Origin: an uncultured Planctomycetota bacterium
GTDB taxonomy: Bacteria; Planctomycetota; Planctomycetia; Gemmatales; Gemmataceae
Length of the DNA: 64,000 nucleotides
Direction: 5' to 3'
NCBI GenBank assembly: GCA_963849325.1
Contig: CAWKHF010000012.1
Location: 1,184,001-1,248,000, forward strand
The notes beneath the pieces are model-generated. The model worked only from the letters and a program-made list of their open reading frames with translations, was not told the origin of the DNA and did not search any database. Positions 31,397 through 44,388 of this stretch are shown one piece after another. Numbering within the stretch: position 1 is the stretch's first letter; every line of letters starts with the position of its first letter. The position numbers and the translations under genes were made by a program.

Positions 31397-31510
31397 TCGT
31401 GCCGTGCAAGGGGGCACGGCGACTCGCCCGGCGCAACGGTGCCCACTCCACAGCGACCGGATACGGAGGACGGCGAACCGAAGGGCCGAGGCTCGGAAAG
31501 AGGACGTCTC

Positions 31511-32689
31511 ATGCACGTCGCGGTGCTCATCCCGAACACGTCGCATCCGCTGGGCCAGCGTCTGCGCGAGATGTTACCGCCCCGACTGAATTGTCCCAGT
31601 CCGACCCTGGTCCCGTTCGAGCAGGCCGAGGAGGTGCTGGCCCGCGGTCGGGTCCACATGCTGCTCGTCGTCCTGTCGCCCGCTGCCGACCTCGCCCTGG
31701 ATCTGCTGCGAAAAGTCCGCGCGCACGTCGCCGGCCCCGTCCTCGCGGTCGGCCTGGCTTCCGATTCCAAGTTGATTCTGCGGGCGCTGCACGAGGGGGC
31801 CGACCACTACCTGGACGAGACGGACCTGGAAACGCAGCTGGACGTGGTCTTGCAGCGCGTGCAGATCCGGGACGAGTCGGCGCGGCCGCCGGCGGGCCAG
31901 CTGATCGGTCTGCTCGGCGCCAGCGGCGGCAGCGGCACGAGCACCTTGGCCACGAACCTGGCCGCCGTGCTGGCCCGCGAGGCCGGACGCTGCGCCCTGG
32001 TCGATCTCAAACCCGGCGTGGGCGACCTGGCCGCCCTGCTCGACCTGAGACCGACGCACAACCTGGCCGACCTGTGCCTGAATGCCGCCCGCATGGACCA
32101 GGCCATGTTCGAGAGCGCCCTGGTGGCCCACGCCTGCGGCGTCCACCTGCTGGCCCCACCGCAGATGTACGAGGACATTCGCCTGGTCACCGCCCCCGGC
32201 GTCACCAAGACGCTCACCCTGGCCCGCGACGCCTTCCGCTTCACCGTGGTGGACCTGGAAGATTGCTATCACGAAGAGCAGGTGGTGGTGCTGCGGCAGG
32301 CCGACTTCATCCTGTTGGTGTTCCGCCTGGATTTCACGTCCCTGCGGAGCACCCGGCGAATCCTCGATTACCTCGAACAGGCCGGCATCGGCGGCGAACG
32401 CATCCGCCTGGTCATCAACCGCTATGGGCAGGCCAAGGAATTGCCTCTGTCACAGGCGGAGGAGGCGTTGGGTCGCAAGATCACCCACGTCATCCCCGAG
32501 GATCCCAAGACCGTCAACGCCGCCAACAACGCCGGCGAGCCGGCCGTGCTCCGCTCGCCCTCGTCCAAGGTGGCCAACAGTCTCGTGCAGCTGGCCGGCA
32601 GTCTGATTCGACCCGACGCCGCTAAACCGTCGAGCGTCTTGCAGGCCGTCAAAAGCGTCAATGGCTGGCTGGCCGTCTTTCATGGCTAA
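31511..32689 (+). CDS. cpaE: Flp pilus assembly protein CpaE/TadZ (receiver-like + MinD-like domain)
   Basis: LILRALHEGADHYL; GASGGSGTSTLATNLA degenerate Walker A; ALVDL, TVVDL, LVINRYG, AANNAGEPAV. Confidence 0.88.
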   Translation: MHVAVLIPNTSHPLGQRLREMLPPRLNCPSPTLVPFEQAEEVLARGRVHMLLVVLSPAADLALDLLRKVRAHVAGPVLAVGLASDSKLILRALHEGADHYLDETDLETQLDVVLQRVQIRDESARPPAGQLIGLLGASGGSGTSTLATNLAAVLAREAGRCALVDLKPGVGDLAALLDLRPTHNLADLCLNAARMDQAMFESALVAHACGVHLLAPPQMYEDIRLVTAPGVTKTLTLARDAFRFTVVDLEDCYHEEQVVVLRQADFILLVFRLDFTSLRSTRRILDYLEQAGIGGERIRLVINRYGQAKELPLSQAEEALGRKITHVIPEDPKTVNAANNAGEPAVLRSPSSKVANSLVQLAGSLIRPDAAKPSSVLQAVKSVNGWLAVFHG

Positions 32690-32697
32690 CACCGAAG

Positions 32698-32806
32698 TGA
32701 AAACGGAAAAGTAAAAAGTGAAAAATGAAAAATGACCGAGACTCGAAGTCGGCGGAGAAGTGGCTTCTCCAATTTTCATTTTTTACTTTTCACTTTTCCG
32801 TTTTCA
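32698..32806. repeat. Inverted tandem 7-mer hairpin (AAAAKTR type)
   Basis: tgaaaacggaaaagtaaaaagtgaaaaatgaaaaatg ... attttcattttttacttttcacttttccgttttca. Confidence 0.92.
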
Positions 32807-32838
32807 ATGGATTTCGGATTTATTGAGGTAGAGATCCA

Positions 32839-34211
<1,373 letters not shown>

Positions 34212-34212
<1 letters not shown>

Positions 34213-34248
34213 ATTGACGATGGAGGATCCCATCCTCGATCATCAATT
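34212..34248. repeat. Short inverted repeat at the cpaF/tadB junction
   Basis: aattgacgatggaggat-ccc-atcctcgatcatcaatt (15 of 17 positions complementary). Confidence 0.75.
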
Positions 34249-34265
34249 GTGTTGGAGGATGAGTT

Positions 34266-35259
34266 GTGAGCCTGTCGGTCCTGCTTGTGTTTATGTTTCT
34301 GGCCGCCAGCCTGAGCATCGCGGCCGGCTACTCGATCTGGCGCAGACCTGCACCAGCGCGACGGCTTTCGCACTCGGCAGCGCGTGGAGAGCGAGTTCCA
34401 GAAGGCGGACGAGAAGGCGACGCGCGCCGCCCTGTTCAAGGGCGTCAGCCAACTCGACCTCGACGACATCGGTTCCGAGCGCCGGCCCGCCGCCGATGCG
34501 CCGCTGCCGGAAGGGGAACGCGGCGACTGGCACTCGCGCTTGCAAACGATGCTGGCGCAGTCGGGCCTGTCGCTGACGTTGACGCAGCTGGGCTGGATCT
34601 CGGTAGGAGGAGCGGCGACCGGCGCCGTGCTGGGTTTGATTATCCACGGCTTTTTGCTGTCGGCGTTCGGTCTAGTGAGCCTGGGTCTGGCGCCGCTGCT
34701 CTACGTCCGCCAGCGGCAAAACGCTCGCCGCGAGCGTTTCCTGGTGCAGCTGCCGGCCGCCTTCGACCTGATGGCCCGCGTGCTGCGTTCCGGTCATTCG
34801 GTGCCGCAGGCGTTTCAGTCGGTGGCCGACACCTTCGAGCCGCCCATCGCCGGCGAGTTCGCCCAGTGTCAGGAGCAGCAGAACCTCGGACTGCTGCCGG
34901 AGGTGACCTACCGCGACCTGGCCCGCCGCACCGGCGTGCTGGAGGTCAAAATCTTCGTCATGGCCATGATGATCCAGCGGCAAACCGGCGGCAACCTCTC
35001 GGAAGTGCTGGAGCGCCTGGCCGCCCTCGTCCGCGACCGCGTCCGTCTGCGCAACCACATCCGCACGCTGACCGCCGAGGGCCGCTTACAAGCCGTCGTG
35101 CTGCTGGTGCTGCCGCCCGTCATGTTTCTCGTCATGCGCTTCGTCAACCGGGTCTACGCCGACGTGCTGCTCGAGCATCCCGGCTTGCTGGCCAGTATGA
35201 TCGGCATGATGGGACTTGGGGCCTTGTGGATTCGGCGAATCATCCGCTTCGACTTCTAA
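34266..35259 (+). CDS. tadB: Tight adherence protein TadB (T2SS-F family); frameshift near 34345
   Basis: FLVQLPAAFDLMARVLRSGHS, QRQTGGNLSEVLERLA...R.LTAEGR. Confidence 0.9.
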
Positions 35260-35267
35260 AAATAATT

Positions 35268-35342
35268 AACCACGGATGAACACAGATGAACACGGATAAA
35301 AGAACAAAAAAAATCTGTGTTTATCTGTGTTCATCTGTGGTT
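35268..35342. repeat. Inverted tandem 10-mer hairpin (CACRGATRAA)x3
   Basis: aaccacggatgaacacagatgaacacggat ... atctgtgtttatctgtgttcatctgtggtt. Confidence 0.93.
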
Positions 35343-35362
35343 CATTCTTGGAGGCGATACTC

Positions 35363-36283
35363 ATGCTCGATAAGGGTTGGATCAGCATGCTCGTGTTCCT
35401 GGCCACGAGCGGTGCCATCCTGGCCTTCTTCGTCTGGCGCAACCGCGACATCTGGATCAGCGACCGCATGCGCGATCTGGGCGTGGCCCCACGGGAACGG
35501 CCGGTCAAAAACGGGCTAGGACAGCTGCTCGTCGCTCGGTTGCCGGACCTGGGGACACCGCTTCTGCCGACCAACGAAGAACAGCGCGGCCGACTGCGAC
35601 AGCGGCTTGTCGAGGCCGGCTTCTACGACCGGCACGCCCTGTCGCTGTTGCTGGGCGTGAAGATGATCCTCATGGCGGCACCGCTGGCGCTGTCGGCGGC
35701 GCTGGCCCTGTCCGGCCTGCTGCCGCCGGTCAAGGCCGTCGCCGCCGGCATTTTCGGCATCGGCCTGGGCATGATCGCCCCCGGAATGTGGCTGGATCGC
35801 CTGAAAAGCAAGCGCCAGTCCAACCTGCGCCGCGCCCTGCCCGACGCCCTGGACATGCTCGTCCTCTGCCTCGAAGGCGGTGTCAGCCTGACGGGGGCCA
35901 TGCAGCGCATCACGTCGGAATTGCACTCGGCCCATCCGCTGCTGGGTTCCGAATTGGACCTGGTGCAGCGCGAGATGCTCCTGGGCGTGTCCGTCGGCGA
36001 CGGACTGCAAAAGCTGGCCGGCCGCACCGATCTGGAAGAGTTGCGCAACCTCGCTTCCGTGATCGTCCAGAGCGAACGCTTCGGCACCAGCGTTGTCAAG
36101 GCGTTGCGCATTCACGCCGACACGCTGCGGCAGCAGCGGCAGCAGCGCGCCGAGGAGATGGCCCAGAAGGCGGCGGTCAAGATCCTCTTCCCCACGCTGC
36201 TGTGCATCTTCCCGGCCATTTTTATCGTTATCCTCGGACCGGCCGCCTTCCAGATCCTGGCGATTTTACAGCGTATGAAGTAA
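35363..36283 (+). CDS. tadC: Tight adherence protein TadC
   Basis: LPDALDMLVLCLEGG, QSERFGTS, AEEMAQKAAVKILFPTLLCIFP. Confidence 0.93.
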   Translation: MLDKGWISMLVFLATSGAILAFFVWRNRDIWISDRMRDLGVAPRERPVKNGLGQLLVARLPDLGTPLLPTNEEQRGRLRQRLVEAGFYDRHALSLLLGVKMILMAAPLALSAALALSGLLPPVKAVAAGIFGIGLGMIAPGMWLDRLKSKRQSNLRRALPDALDMLVLCLEGGVSLTGAMQRITSELHSAHPLLGSELDLVQREMLLGVSVGDGLQKLAGRTDLEELRNLASVIVQSERFGTSVVKALRIHADTLRQQRQQRAEEMAQKAAVKILFPTLLCIFPAIFIVILGPAAFQILAILQRMK

Positions 36284-36335
36284 AAATCGGCCGAGACGAT
36301 GCTTTTTGCGTTCTATACTCGCTGTGGAGGGCGAT

Positions 36336-36399
36336 GGCGAGCGGGGGCGTCAGCCCCCTGTTGCTTCTTCCAACAGGGGGCTGACGCCCCCCGCTCGCC
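36336..36399. repeat. REPIN-like inverted repeat, same family as 30561-30626
   Basis: ggcgagcgggggcgtcagccccctgttg-cttcttc-caacagggggctgacgccccccgctcgcc. Confidence 0.93.
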
Positions 36400-36435
36400 G
36401 TGTGCAGACTGCTCTCGGAAATCCGGGGACTACCT

Positions 36436-38430
36436 GTGGAACGTGCCACCTTCTTCGATCGCTTGCGACAAAATCGCCTCCTGACGGAAGCGGAGCTGGA
36501 CCAGGCGGCGAGCCGGTTCGGCGACACGGCCGCGACGCAAGCCATCGCCGACGGACTCGTCCGCGACGGCGTGCTGACCTCGTTCCAGGTGCGACAGGTC
36601 TACGCCGGCGACACGCAGCCGTTGACGCTGGGGCAGTATCGACTGCTGGACGAACTGGGCCGTGGCGGCATGGGCCGTGTCTACAAGGCCCTGCACACCA
36701 TCATGGGCCGAGTGGTCGCCATCAAGGTCATTTCCCCGGAGCTGGTGCAGAACCCGGTCGCCGTCGAGTGGTTCCGCCGCGAAGTGCGCGCCAGCACTCA
36801 CCTGGTCCATCCCAACATCGTGATGGCCTACGACGCCAACGAGGCGGATGGGCTGCACTTTTTGGTCATGGAGTATGTCCAGGGCGTGACGCTGGACGCC
36901 CTGGTGCGGCAGCACGGCCCGCTGCCGGTGGACAACGCCTGCGCCCTGATGCGTCAGGCGGCCCTGGGCTTGCAACATGCTCACGACAAGGGCATGGTTC
37001 ACCGCGACATCAAGCCGGGCAACCTGCTCATCCCCCGGCCGGACGGCGAACAGCCGCCGGACGTGCTGGTCAAGATCGTGGACTTCGGCCTGGCTCGGCT
37101 GCAAGGCAAGACCCAGGGCGAGACCATCGCCCTGCGCGGCGAGACCGGCGTGCTGGGCACGCCCGATTACATCTCGCCGGAACAGTCGCGCGACATCCAC
37201 TCCGCCGACATCCGCTCCGACCTCTACAGCCTCGGCTGCGCCTTCTATTTCGCCCTGGCCGGCCGGGTGCCGTTCCCGGGCGAGTCGGCGATGGAGAAGC
37301 TGGTCAAGCACCTGACCGAGGAGCCGCAGCCGTTGGAGCGACGTGGGCCCCGACGTGCCGCCGGCCCTGGCCGCCGTCGTGCGTCGCCTGATGGCCAAGG
37401 CCCCCGCCGACCGCTACCAGACGCCCGCCGAGTTGGTGCAGGCGCTGGACGCCTGGCTCGCGGACTGCCCCCGGGGCGTGCCCTCGACCAAGACGTCTTG
37501 CCGCCCCTTGTGGCTGTCACCGCCGACGCAAGCCGCCGTCGGTCCCATCGCTCCATCCGAACCGACGGCGCACACTCGGCTGCTCGATAATGTCGCGTTG
37601 TTCGGAGCGGCTCGGGAGCCGGAGCCGTCCGGCCCGAGCCTGCTCGAACCGCTGTGGAAGCACTCTCCGGACGAGGCGCGCCGCGCGAAACGCACGACAC
37701 GATGGCACTGTCGCGCCCGGAAGACACGGAAGTGGTCACGACCGAGGCGACTGCCCTGGGGAAAGGACCGCCGTCCGCTTCGGCGAGCGATGCCGACCCC
37801 ACCGCCCCGGAGGTGGACGCCTCAGCCAAGTCGCCCTCGGTCCTCGATCCCGCCGAGCAGAAGAAACTCGACCTGGTCCTGTGGCGCCTATGGCGGCGGT
37901 GGACGGGCCTCGTTGGGATCATCGTCAAGGGCTGCGGCCCCTCGGGCGTCAATGGCGACCGTTATCGGACCATCTACAATCTTCTGTTGCAAGCCTGCCG
38001 CACCGCCGTCGACACCGCCCCTACGCCGCAGGGCCGCGCCTTCTATCAAGAGCTGCTCTCGATCGTCCAGCCGTGGCTCAACCTCAAGACGTTCATTCAC
38101 ACCGAAGAGCACATGCTCGAAGCGCTGTGGAAGCGTTGCAAGCAGGCCGAGTTGGAGTTGAACAACGGCAAGGTGCCCTGGACGATCGGACAGGTCATCG
38201 GTCTGATCCTGTTGACCCTGAGTCCCGTTGGCCTGGTGGTGTGGTACGTTCATTATGGCCGCCTCGGCCTGGCGGCCCTAGCGCGGTCGTTCAACTGGGA
38301 TGGCTCCACGACCTCGCTGCGTTCTCTTTGGGCGTTCGTGACGGCACATCCCGCCCTGTTCATCGGGGTCCTCTTCCCCCTCGTCATCATCTTCTCCATC
38401 TACCTGCTGGCGCGCACGCCACGCACTTGA
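36436..38430 (+). CDS. Hanks-type Ser/Thr protein kinase with C-terminal TM helices; frameshifts at about 37340-37680
   Basis: LGRGGMGRVY, VAIK, HPNIV, HRDIKPGN, DFG, GTPDYISPEQ, DLYSLG; two hydrophobic segments at the C-terminus. Confidence 0.9.
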
Positions 38431-38455
38431 GAGGCACGAACCCAATGTCCTTTTG

Positions 38456-38482
38456 ACCACGGATAACACGGATAACACGGAT
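38456..38482. repeat. Solo arm of the ACACGGATA 9-mer element
   Basis: accacggataacacggataacacggat is identical to the left arm at 5864-5890; no inverted partner nearby. Confidence 0.85.
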
Positions 38483-38521
38483 CAAACACCAGAAGCGTTC
38501 TAGCGGGAAGGGAATCGGACC

Positions 38522-39106
38522 TCAGTGATCGGAGCCGTGCTTCCGCGAGCGCTCGTCGGTATCGTCCAACTCACTGAGGAGATCGCTCAGGTCGCCGCCG
38601 TCGGGCAGACTGAATGTCCTCATCCTCTTCAAGGACGAACACGTCCTCCTCTTCCGCGGCGGGCTGGCCGCGGTTGTCTGCTTCTTTTTCTTGGACGGCG
38701 GAGGGGTCTCCTGCGTGGGCAGCTGCCTCGACGACTGGGACATTGTCGTCGTTCGCTTCCTCCAGGACATCTTCGATCTCGCCCTTCGCCCACTCCAACG
38801 TCTCCGGCGTCCGCTCGTACTCGACGAGGAACGTCACCGGCCCCAGGCTCAGGCGGTCGCCCGGCCGAACCGTCTCGACGGCGCGGATACGCCTGCCGTT
38901 GAGGAACGTCCCGTTGACGCTTTCCAGATCCTCGACGGTGACGACGCCCTTGTCCACGTTGCAGCCGGCAGTGCAGCCGGCTCACGTCGGAAGAGGGGAT
39001 GCGGATCGTGCTGCCGCGAGCGCGGCCCAGCGTCGCTTCCGGTCCGCGCAGTCGCCGCGGTCCAGACTCGTTTGCGTTTCTGCTCCAGGACGAGTCGCAC
39101 TTTCAT
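38522..39106 (-). CDS. FHA-domain protein with an acidic tail; frameshifted
   Basis: LGR...IRIP..DVSRLHCRL, VEDLESVNGTFLNG, VRPGDRLSLGPVTF. Confidence 0.85.
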
Positions 39107-39199
39107 TGCCGTGGAGGCTCTCGAGCAGAGGACGGAGGAATGTCCGTTGGTCCCACGGCTGTTCAGGATAGTCGTGTCCGGACGACTGGCCGCAAGTCG

Positions 39200-39240
39200 C
39201 AAAAAGCGAGGAGGCCCGCGACGCATGGCCGCGGGCCTCC
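39200..39240 (-). terminator. Probable intrinsic terminator of the giant minus-strand gene
   Basis: GGAGGCCCGCG-N9-CGCGGGCCTCC followed on the minus strand by tcgcttttt. Confidence 0.65.
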
Positions 39241-39270
39241 GAAGGGACAGCACAACCCCGATCACTCCGG

Positions 39271-42200
39271 TTAACGGACGCCCGGAATGGTCGGGTTGAC
39301 CACGACAGGAATGTTCTGCACTCCCGTCACGGTGTTGAAGACCGGCGTCATCGACAGGCGGACGTAGCGGCGGTCGGCCGACAGGACGGCCTGCGCGGTC
39401 ACGTCGAGGCTGTTCTGCACGAACGGCTTGACGCGGGTTTGATACAGCATGCGGTCGTTGGGAGTCGGCTCCTCCTTGCCGAGCCGCGATCTGGCTGGGC
39501 AGGACCGGCCGGCCCGACGTGGACATGCCGCCGCTGAAGCCGCGCGACGACGCCGGTCACTTCCGGGTCGGCCAGGACGCGCAGCTGGTGCAACACCTTG
39601 TCGGGACTCTGCGGCGCCGAGGCCGGCGGCTCCGGCGTCTTGCTGCGACTCACGGCGGCGGCACGTAGGCCGTCTCCTTGCGCCGCCCGTCCTCCAGCTT
39701 CACCTTGATCCGCTCGGAGTGATTGCGACTTCACCTCGACCGTGAGCAGTTGCTCCGTCTCGTCCGGCGTGCCCTGGTGGCGGATGATCCGCAGCTGGGC
39801 CTTGTCGCCCAGCGGATGGCCCCAGACCTTTTCGATCTCGACCTGGTACTCGCCGGGGAACGCCTCGGCGGCCAGGTAGGTTTCGCTGGTCATGTCGGCC
39901 AGCGAATCGCCGATCAAGATGCCGCCGCCGATCGTCTGCCGGTTCAAGGGCCAGCAGACGCTGCCGGTCGGCTCGACGACCTTGAGATCGAGGTCGGCGT
40001 CGCCCTGCCAGTTGAGCTTGATGACCAGGTCGCGCTGCCGCTGGCCGGCGATGGCGTTGACCAGGCGCTCGGACTCGTCCTTGCGGCCGTCCTGGTCGAG
40101 GAGTTTGACCAGCGACTCGATCTTCTGCACGGCCCGGTCTTGCAGTTTCTTGTTGTTGACCGGCCAATCGTGGCGGAGCAGGTTGCCGGCCGCCCACTCC
40201 ATGGCCTTGCTGTCGCGGCGCCAGCTCGGCGTAGTTGAGGGCGTCGGCGTAGGCGTGCGGCGTGCCCGGTTCGAGCAGGGCGGCCTGCTGGCAGAAGGCC
40301 AGGGCGAGCGGATATTTCTCGTCCTGGGCCAGCGCCTGCGCCGCCTGCAAATAGCCCTGGGCGTCCTTGGGTTCCAGGTCGGCCGTGGACACCTCGGCGC
40401 GCTCGATGTCTTCGGTCGAGCCGCCGCTCATGCGCAGGGCCAATGGCCAGCGACTTGTACACCCACGGCTCGACCACGATGCCCTGCCGCAGGTTCGCCT
40501 TGAGGAACTCGGCGGCGTGATCGAACTTCTTGTGCAGCACCAGGAAGTCGGCCGTGGCGATGATGAGGCTGGGATTATCGACGCCTTTGACGAGGGCGTC
40601 CTGCCAGACCGTGCGCGGATCGGGCGGCGGTCCCTTCTTCTTGGGATCCTTGTCGTCGGGCCGTTCGTCGCCGCTGGCCGCCGACGCGGACCTTGCGGAT
40701 CGCGGTTGCCCGTCGGCAAGGGCGCCGCCATGCGCCCATGCACCGGGGGCGATGACGAGGTTGCTGGCGCGGTTGTGGATGGTCGAGGTGGCCTTGACCG
40801 CCAGCGCCTGCGCGGGCGGGTAGAAGCCGAGCTGGTTGTTCTCCTGGTTCAGCCCCTCCGCGCGCGTTCGTCGTCGAGCGGGTTGAGGGGCTGGCCGGTG
40901 ATCGGGTCGAACTGGATGGCCCAGTCCTTGGGCTTGCCGACCACCTGGCGGATGAGCGTGATAAGGATCTGGCTCTGGTTGCCGCCCTGGAGACCGAACT
41001 GGCCGCCCAGGTTGCCGAACTGGCCGAGCTGCTGGCCGCCGAAGCCGACGACGCCGCCGCCGACGCCCAGGTTGCCGCGGCCCTGGAAGTTGCCCTGGAA
41101 GCCGCCCTGCTGGCACCGACGCTGGTTGAAGCCCTGACCGCCCAGGCCGGCGATGCCGCCGACGCCGCCCAGGCCGCCGACGGCCGCCGCCGAGACCGCC
41201 AAGACCGCCGAGACCGCCAATGCCGCCCAGGCCGGCAGCGCCGAGGCCGCCGCAGGCCGCCGCCCAGCCCAAGCCGCGCCATGCCGCCGATGCCGGCGAA
41301 ACCGCCCAGGGCGCCGGCGCTCATGCCGAAGATGGTGGCCGACCCTTGCAGCATCTGAGAAGTTGACGGCGTTGGGGATGGGCGTCACCAGGTCGGCGAC
41401 CGGGTAGACGCGCACCGTCTTCTCCGCGCCGGCGAAGGTGCCGGTGGTGATCTCAATCACGTCGCGGCGGATGATGTAGGTCGCTCCCGAAGGCACCGGA
41501 ATGCGGCTCAGGATCCTTGCGCAGCACCGTCGAGAGCGTGGTGTGCATCTCCGGGATCGGGTTGGGCGTCGGCGATCTCCGTCTTGCCCACGTCCATGAT
41601 GTTCTCGAACTTGAACGCCTTCTCGTTGATGTCGAAGGACAGGTTGTAGCGCTTGGCCAGTCTGCTCGAGCGCTTCGTCAGCGTCGTCTTGGGATCGTCC
41701 AGGCCCGGATACTTGACGGGCTTGCGACGAGCAGTTGCTGCAGCTCGATGCCGCGCGCGCGGCATGTCGGAGCCGAAGCTGGTGGATTCGTACTTGGCCT
41801 TGCGCAGTTCGGCCAGCGCCTTCCAGGCGGCCGCCGGCGGGAACTCGACCGGCGGCTCATCCGGGAAGGGGACGTGCGATTTCTCCACCTGGAGCATGGT
41901 CGCCAGCCAGCGCTCTTCGCGGATGCGCCGCAGTTCCTGCATCTTCGCGCAGGTGGTAGCCGGCCAGGCCGATGGCGTAGCCGGCGGTGACCGCCGGCGG
42001 CACCGGCAGACCCTGGTCGATGAGATCCTTGCGGATGTTCTGGGCGTGGAGGTAGGCTTGCTGCTCGCGGGCCTGGTCCATCAGGGTGTGGAAGACGCGC
42101 ATCCGTTCGCGGACGCGGTTCTGTTCGAGCCGCTCCTGGGCGGTCAATGTCGTGCGGGCGTTGGCGGCGGCCAGCAGGTTGAGGGCCTCCGCCTGATCGC

Positions 42201-43916
42201 GCTTGACCACGGCGCCGCGGATGTCGATCGTCTGCACGGCCCGCTCCAGGCGATCGCTCAGGGCCGTCCTTCGCCTTGTTGGTGATGTCGGGATTGGTGC
42301 GGACGCCATCCAGCGTGCGCTTCAGGAACTCGTGGGCCGCGTCGGGATCGGTCTGCACCAGGCGATTGGCTGCTGGATGGCCTCGTTGACGATCGCGCGT
42401 CTGCTCCTGGTCGGCGATCTCCAGGCGAGCCTTGATTTCGTTCTGCCGATTCCGGTCGGCCTCATCGCGGGCCAGCGGGCGGATTGTCTTTGCGGTCCGG
42501 ATCGGCGAACAGCTGCTCGGCCGGCAGTTTGACGACGCGGCCGGTCCCATCGATGCGCGTCACCGTGTCGCCCTTGTGGACGGCGACCATCTTCTTGACG
42601 TCGTCGAGCGTCTTCTTGCCGCTGCGCAGGTCTTCGACCAGCTTCAAGCCCGCCTTGGCTCGCGTCGAGGTCGGGTCGGACTTGACGGCCTGCTCGGAAC
42701 AGGCGCTCGGCGACGTCGAACTTGTTCTTCTCCATCGCCCACTCAGCCTGGGCGACCAGGTCGGCGCGGGCGAACTGGTTGCGCTCGAAGGCGAAGGCCA
42801 GGGCGCGGTCGGCCTGGATCAGGGCCGGCCGATCCTTCTGACCCCTCCACTGCTCGACCATGTTGACGAGGAAGTAATTCTCGACCTCCGGCTGCGGCAC
42901 CTTCTCGGAGACCTGCACGCGACACTGCTTTGCCGGCCACCTTGCCGGTCAGGCTGTAATCGAAGCGTCGCGCCGGTCTTGCCGAGTTTACCGACGACCA
43001 GCGTCGGCACATCGGGACGCAGCGGCGGCAGCTTGGTCGGGAAGGCCTCCGCGACCTCGGCCGGCAGCTTGATTTTGCTGTCGTAGAGGATCGGCTTGAG
43101 CCACGGCGTCGAGGAGATCCTGGCCACCCACTGTTTTTCGTCGGCCAGGATGCCCAGGCGGACGACCTTGCCGCCGGTGCCGTTGGCGAAACCGTGCAGG
43201 TTGTACGGCTGCGGATGCGTGCCCAGCGGCACGCTGTAAAAGGCGATCTGGTTCTTGACCATCTCCTTGACAGCGACACCCGCAGGTCGGCGTCGACCGG
43301 GCCGGCAATGCTCTGGCCGCTGCCCATAAAGAGGATGACGCGCTGACGATCCGCCTTGCCGTTGAAGCTGTCGATGGCCTTCGGCAGCGCCTCCTTGAGG
43401 TTGACGGCCCCCGCCGGATACTCCTCGGCCAGCTTCTTGAAGGCGGCCGACACGTTTCTGGGCCGACTGGAAGCCCTTGGAGACATCCCGGAAGTGCGTG
43501 TTGACGGTCCACACGGCGCAAGCGATCGTCGGGCCCCAGTTTGTCCACGAGCTTCTTGGTGAGCGTCTGGGCCGTCGCCAGGGACCCTGGGCCATGTGCG
43601 CCGCGGTGTCGATGAGGACCAGGTAATCGCGCGGGCGGGCCGGGACCGGGTCCAGCCGGGGCTTGACTTGCAGGGCCATCAAGGTTTCACCCTGCTCGGT
43701 CCGATACAGGACAAGCGGACGATCGGCGAAGCGCGACAGGGACAGCTCCTCGGCGAAGCGCTTGGCGAGGGCGTCGTCGGACTTCTGAAGGCCGGAACTA
43801 TCGTTCAAGTTCTTGGGCCGCTCCCGTCCGGTTTCGCCCCAGAGACGGGTGGAGGCGAGCACGGCAATCAGCGACAGGACGGTCCCGACTGCGACTAGCC
43901 GGCGAACTGCGAACAT
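39271..43916 (-). CDS. Giant exported protein: VWA-like, helical/TPR, secretin-N/STN-like, Gly-rich, TPR and beta-sandwich regions with a secretin-like C-terminal motif; many frameshifts
   Basis: Signal MFAVRRLVAVGTVLSLIAVLAS; RDYLVLIDTAA; LPPLRPDVPTLVVG; VEKSHVPFPDEPPVEFP; TYIIRRDVIEITT..VRVYPVADLVTPI; RDLVIKLNWQGDADLDL.V.EP.G; VTAQAVLSADRRYVRLSMTPVF. Confidence 0.7.
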
Positions 43917-44388
43917 TGTCCAAACCCCCTGATCTCTCGTTGAAGTGCGCCGCCGCCTCCGTGGGAGGAGACGGCGGATACAGAGCAGCCTCGGAGCGCC
44001 TACGTTTGTCTCGCAACAATGGAATTCTAAAAAGCCCGCGACTTGCGCCGCCAGCAAAAATTCTCGCCGCGCGGCTGGCCGGCAAAAAGCGCCCCGGCAT
44101 CGTCCGCAGAGACGTTCCGGCCCGCGAGACCGTCGCCGTCGCACCCCGCTCCCTTGGAGAGAGACTGTCGGAGCATCAAGAAATAACAAGACTTAGGACG
44201 AACAGAACCAGGGCGTTCGAGCCGTCGCCGACAGGCCGGGGCAGAAAAACCGGCGCGGATGGCGGCACCGGAACAACCGATACGTCTGATTGATTTTTCC
44301 CAACAGTCATGGTATCAGCCGGCCCGCCCGGCGGATAGGCTGCCTTTCGGGCCGAGACCGCCGGCATGGATTGCGGAGAGGAGAGGGC

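Noticed and set aside
31399-32625. Numerous long Arg/Pro/Ala-rich alternative-frame ORFs (also 47891-48919, 14973-16382, 32776-34233)
   Set aside because: Off-frame or antisense shadows of well-supported genes in high-GC DNA.
43917-44388. ncRNA or small gene in the 470-bp divergent intergenic region
   Set aside because: Only short GC stems and an IHF-like AT tract were seen; no convincing ORF, tRNA fold or extended structure.
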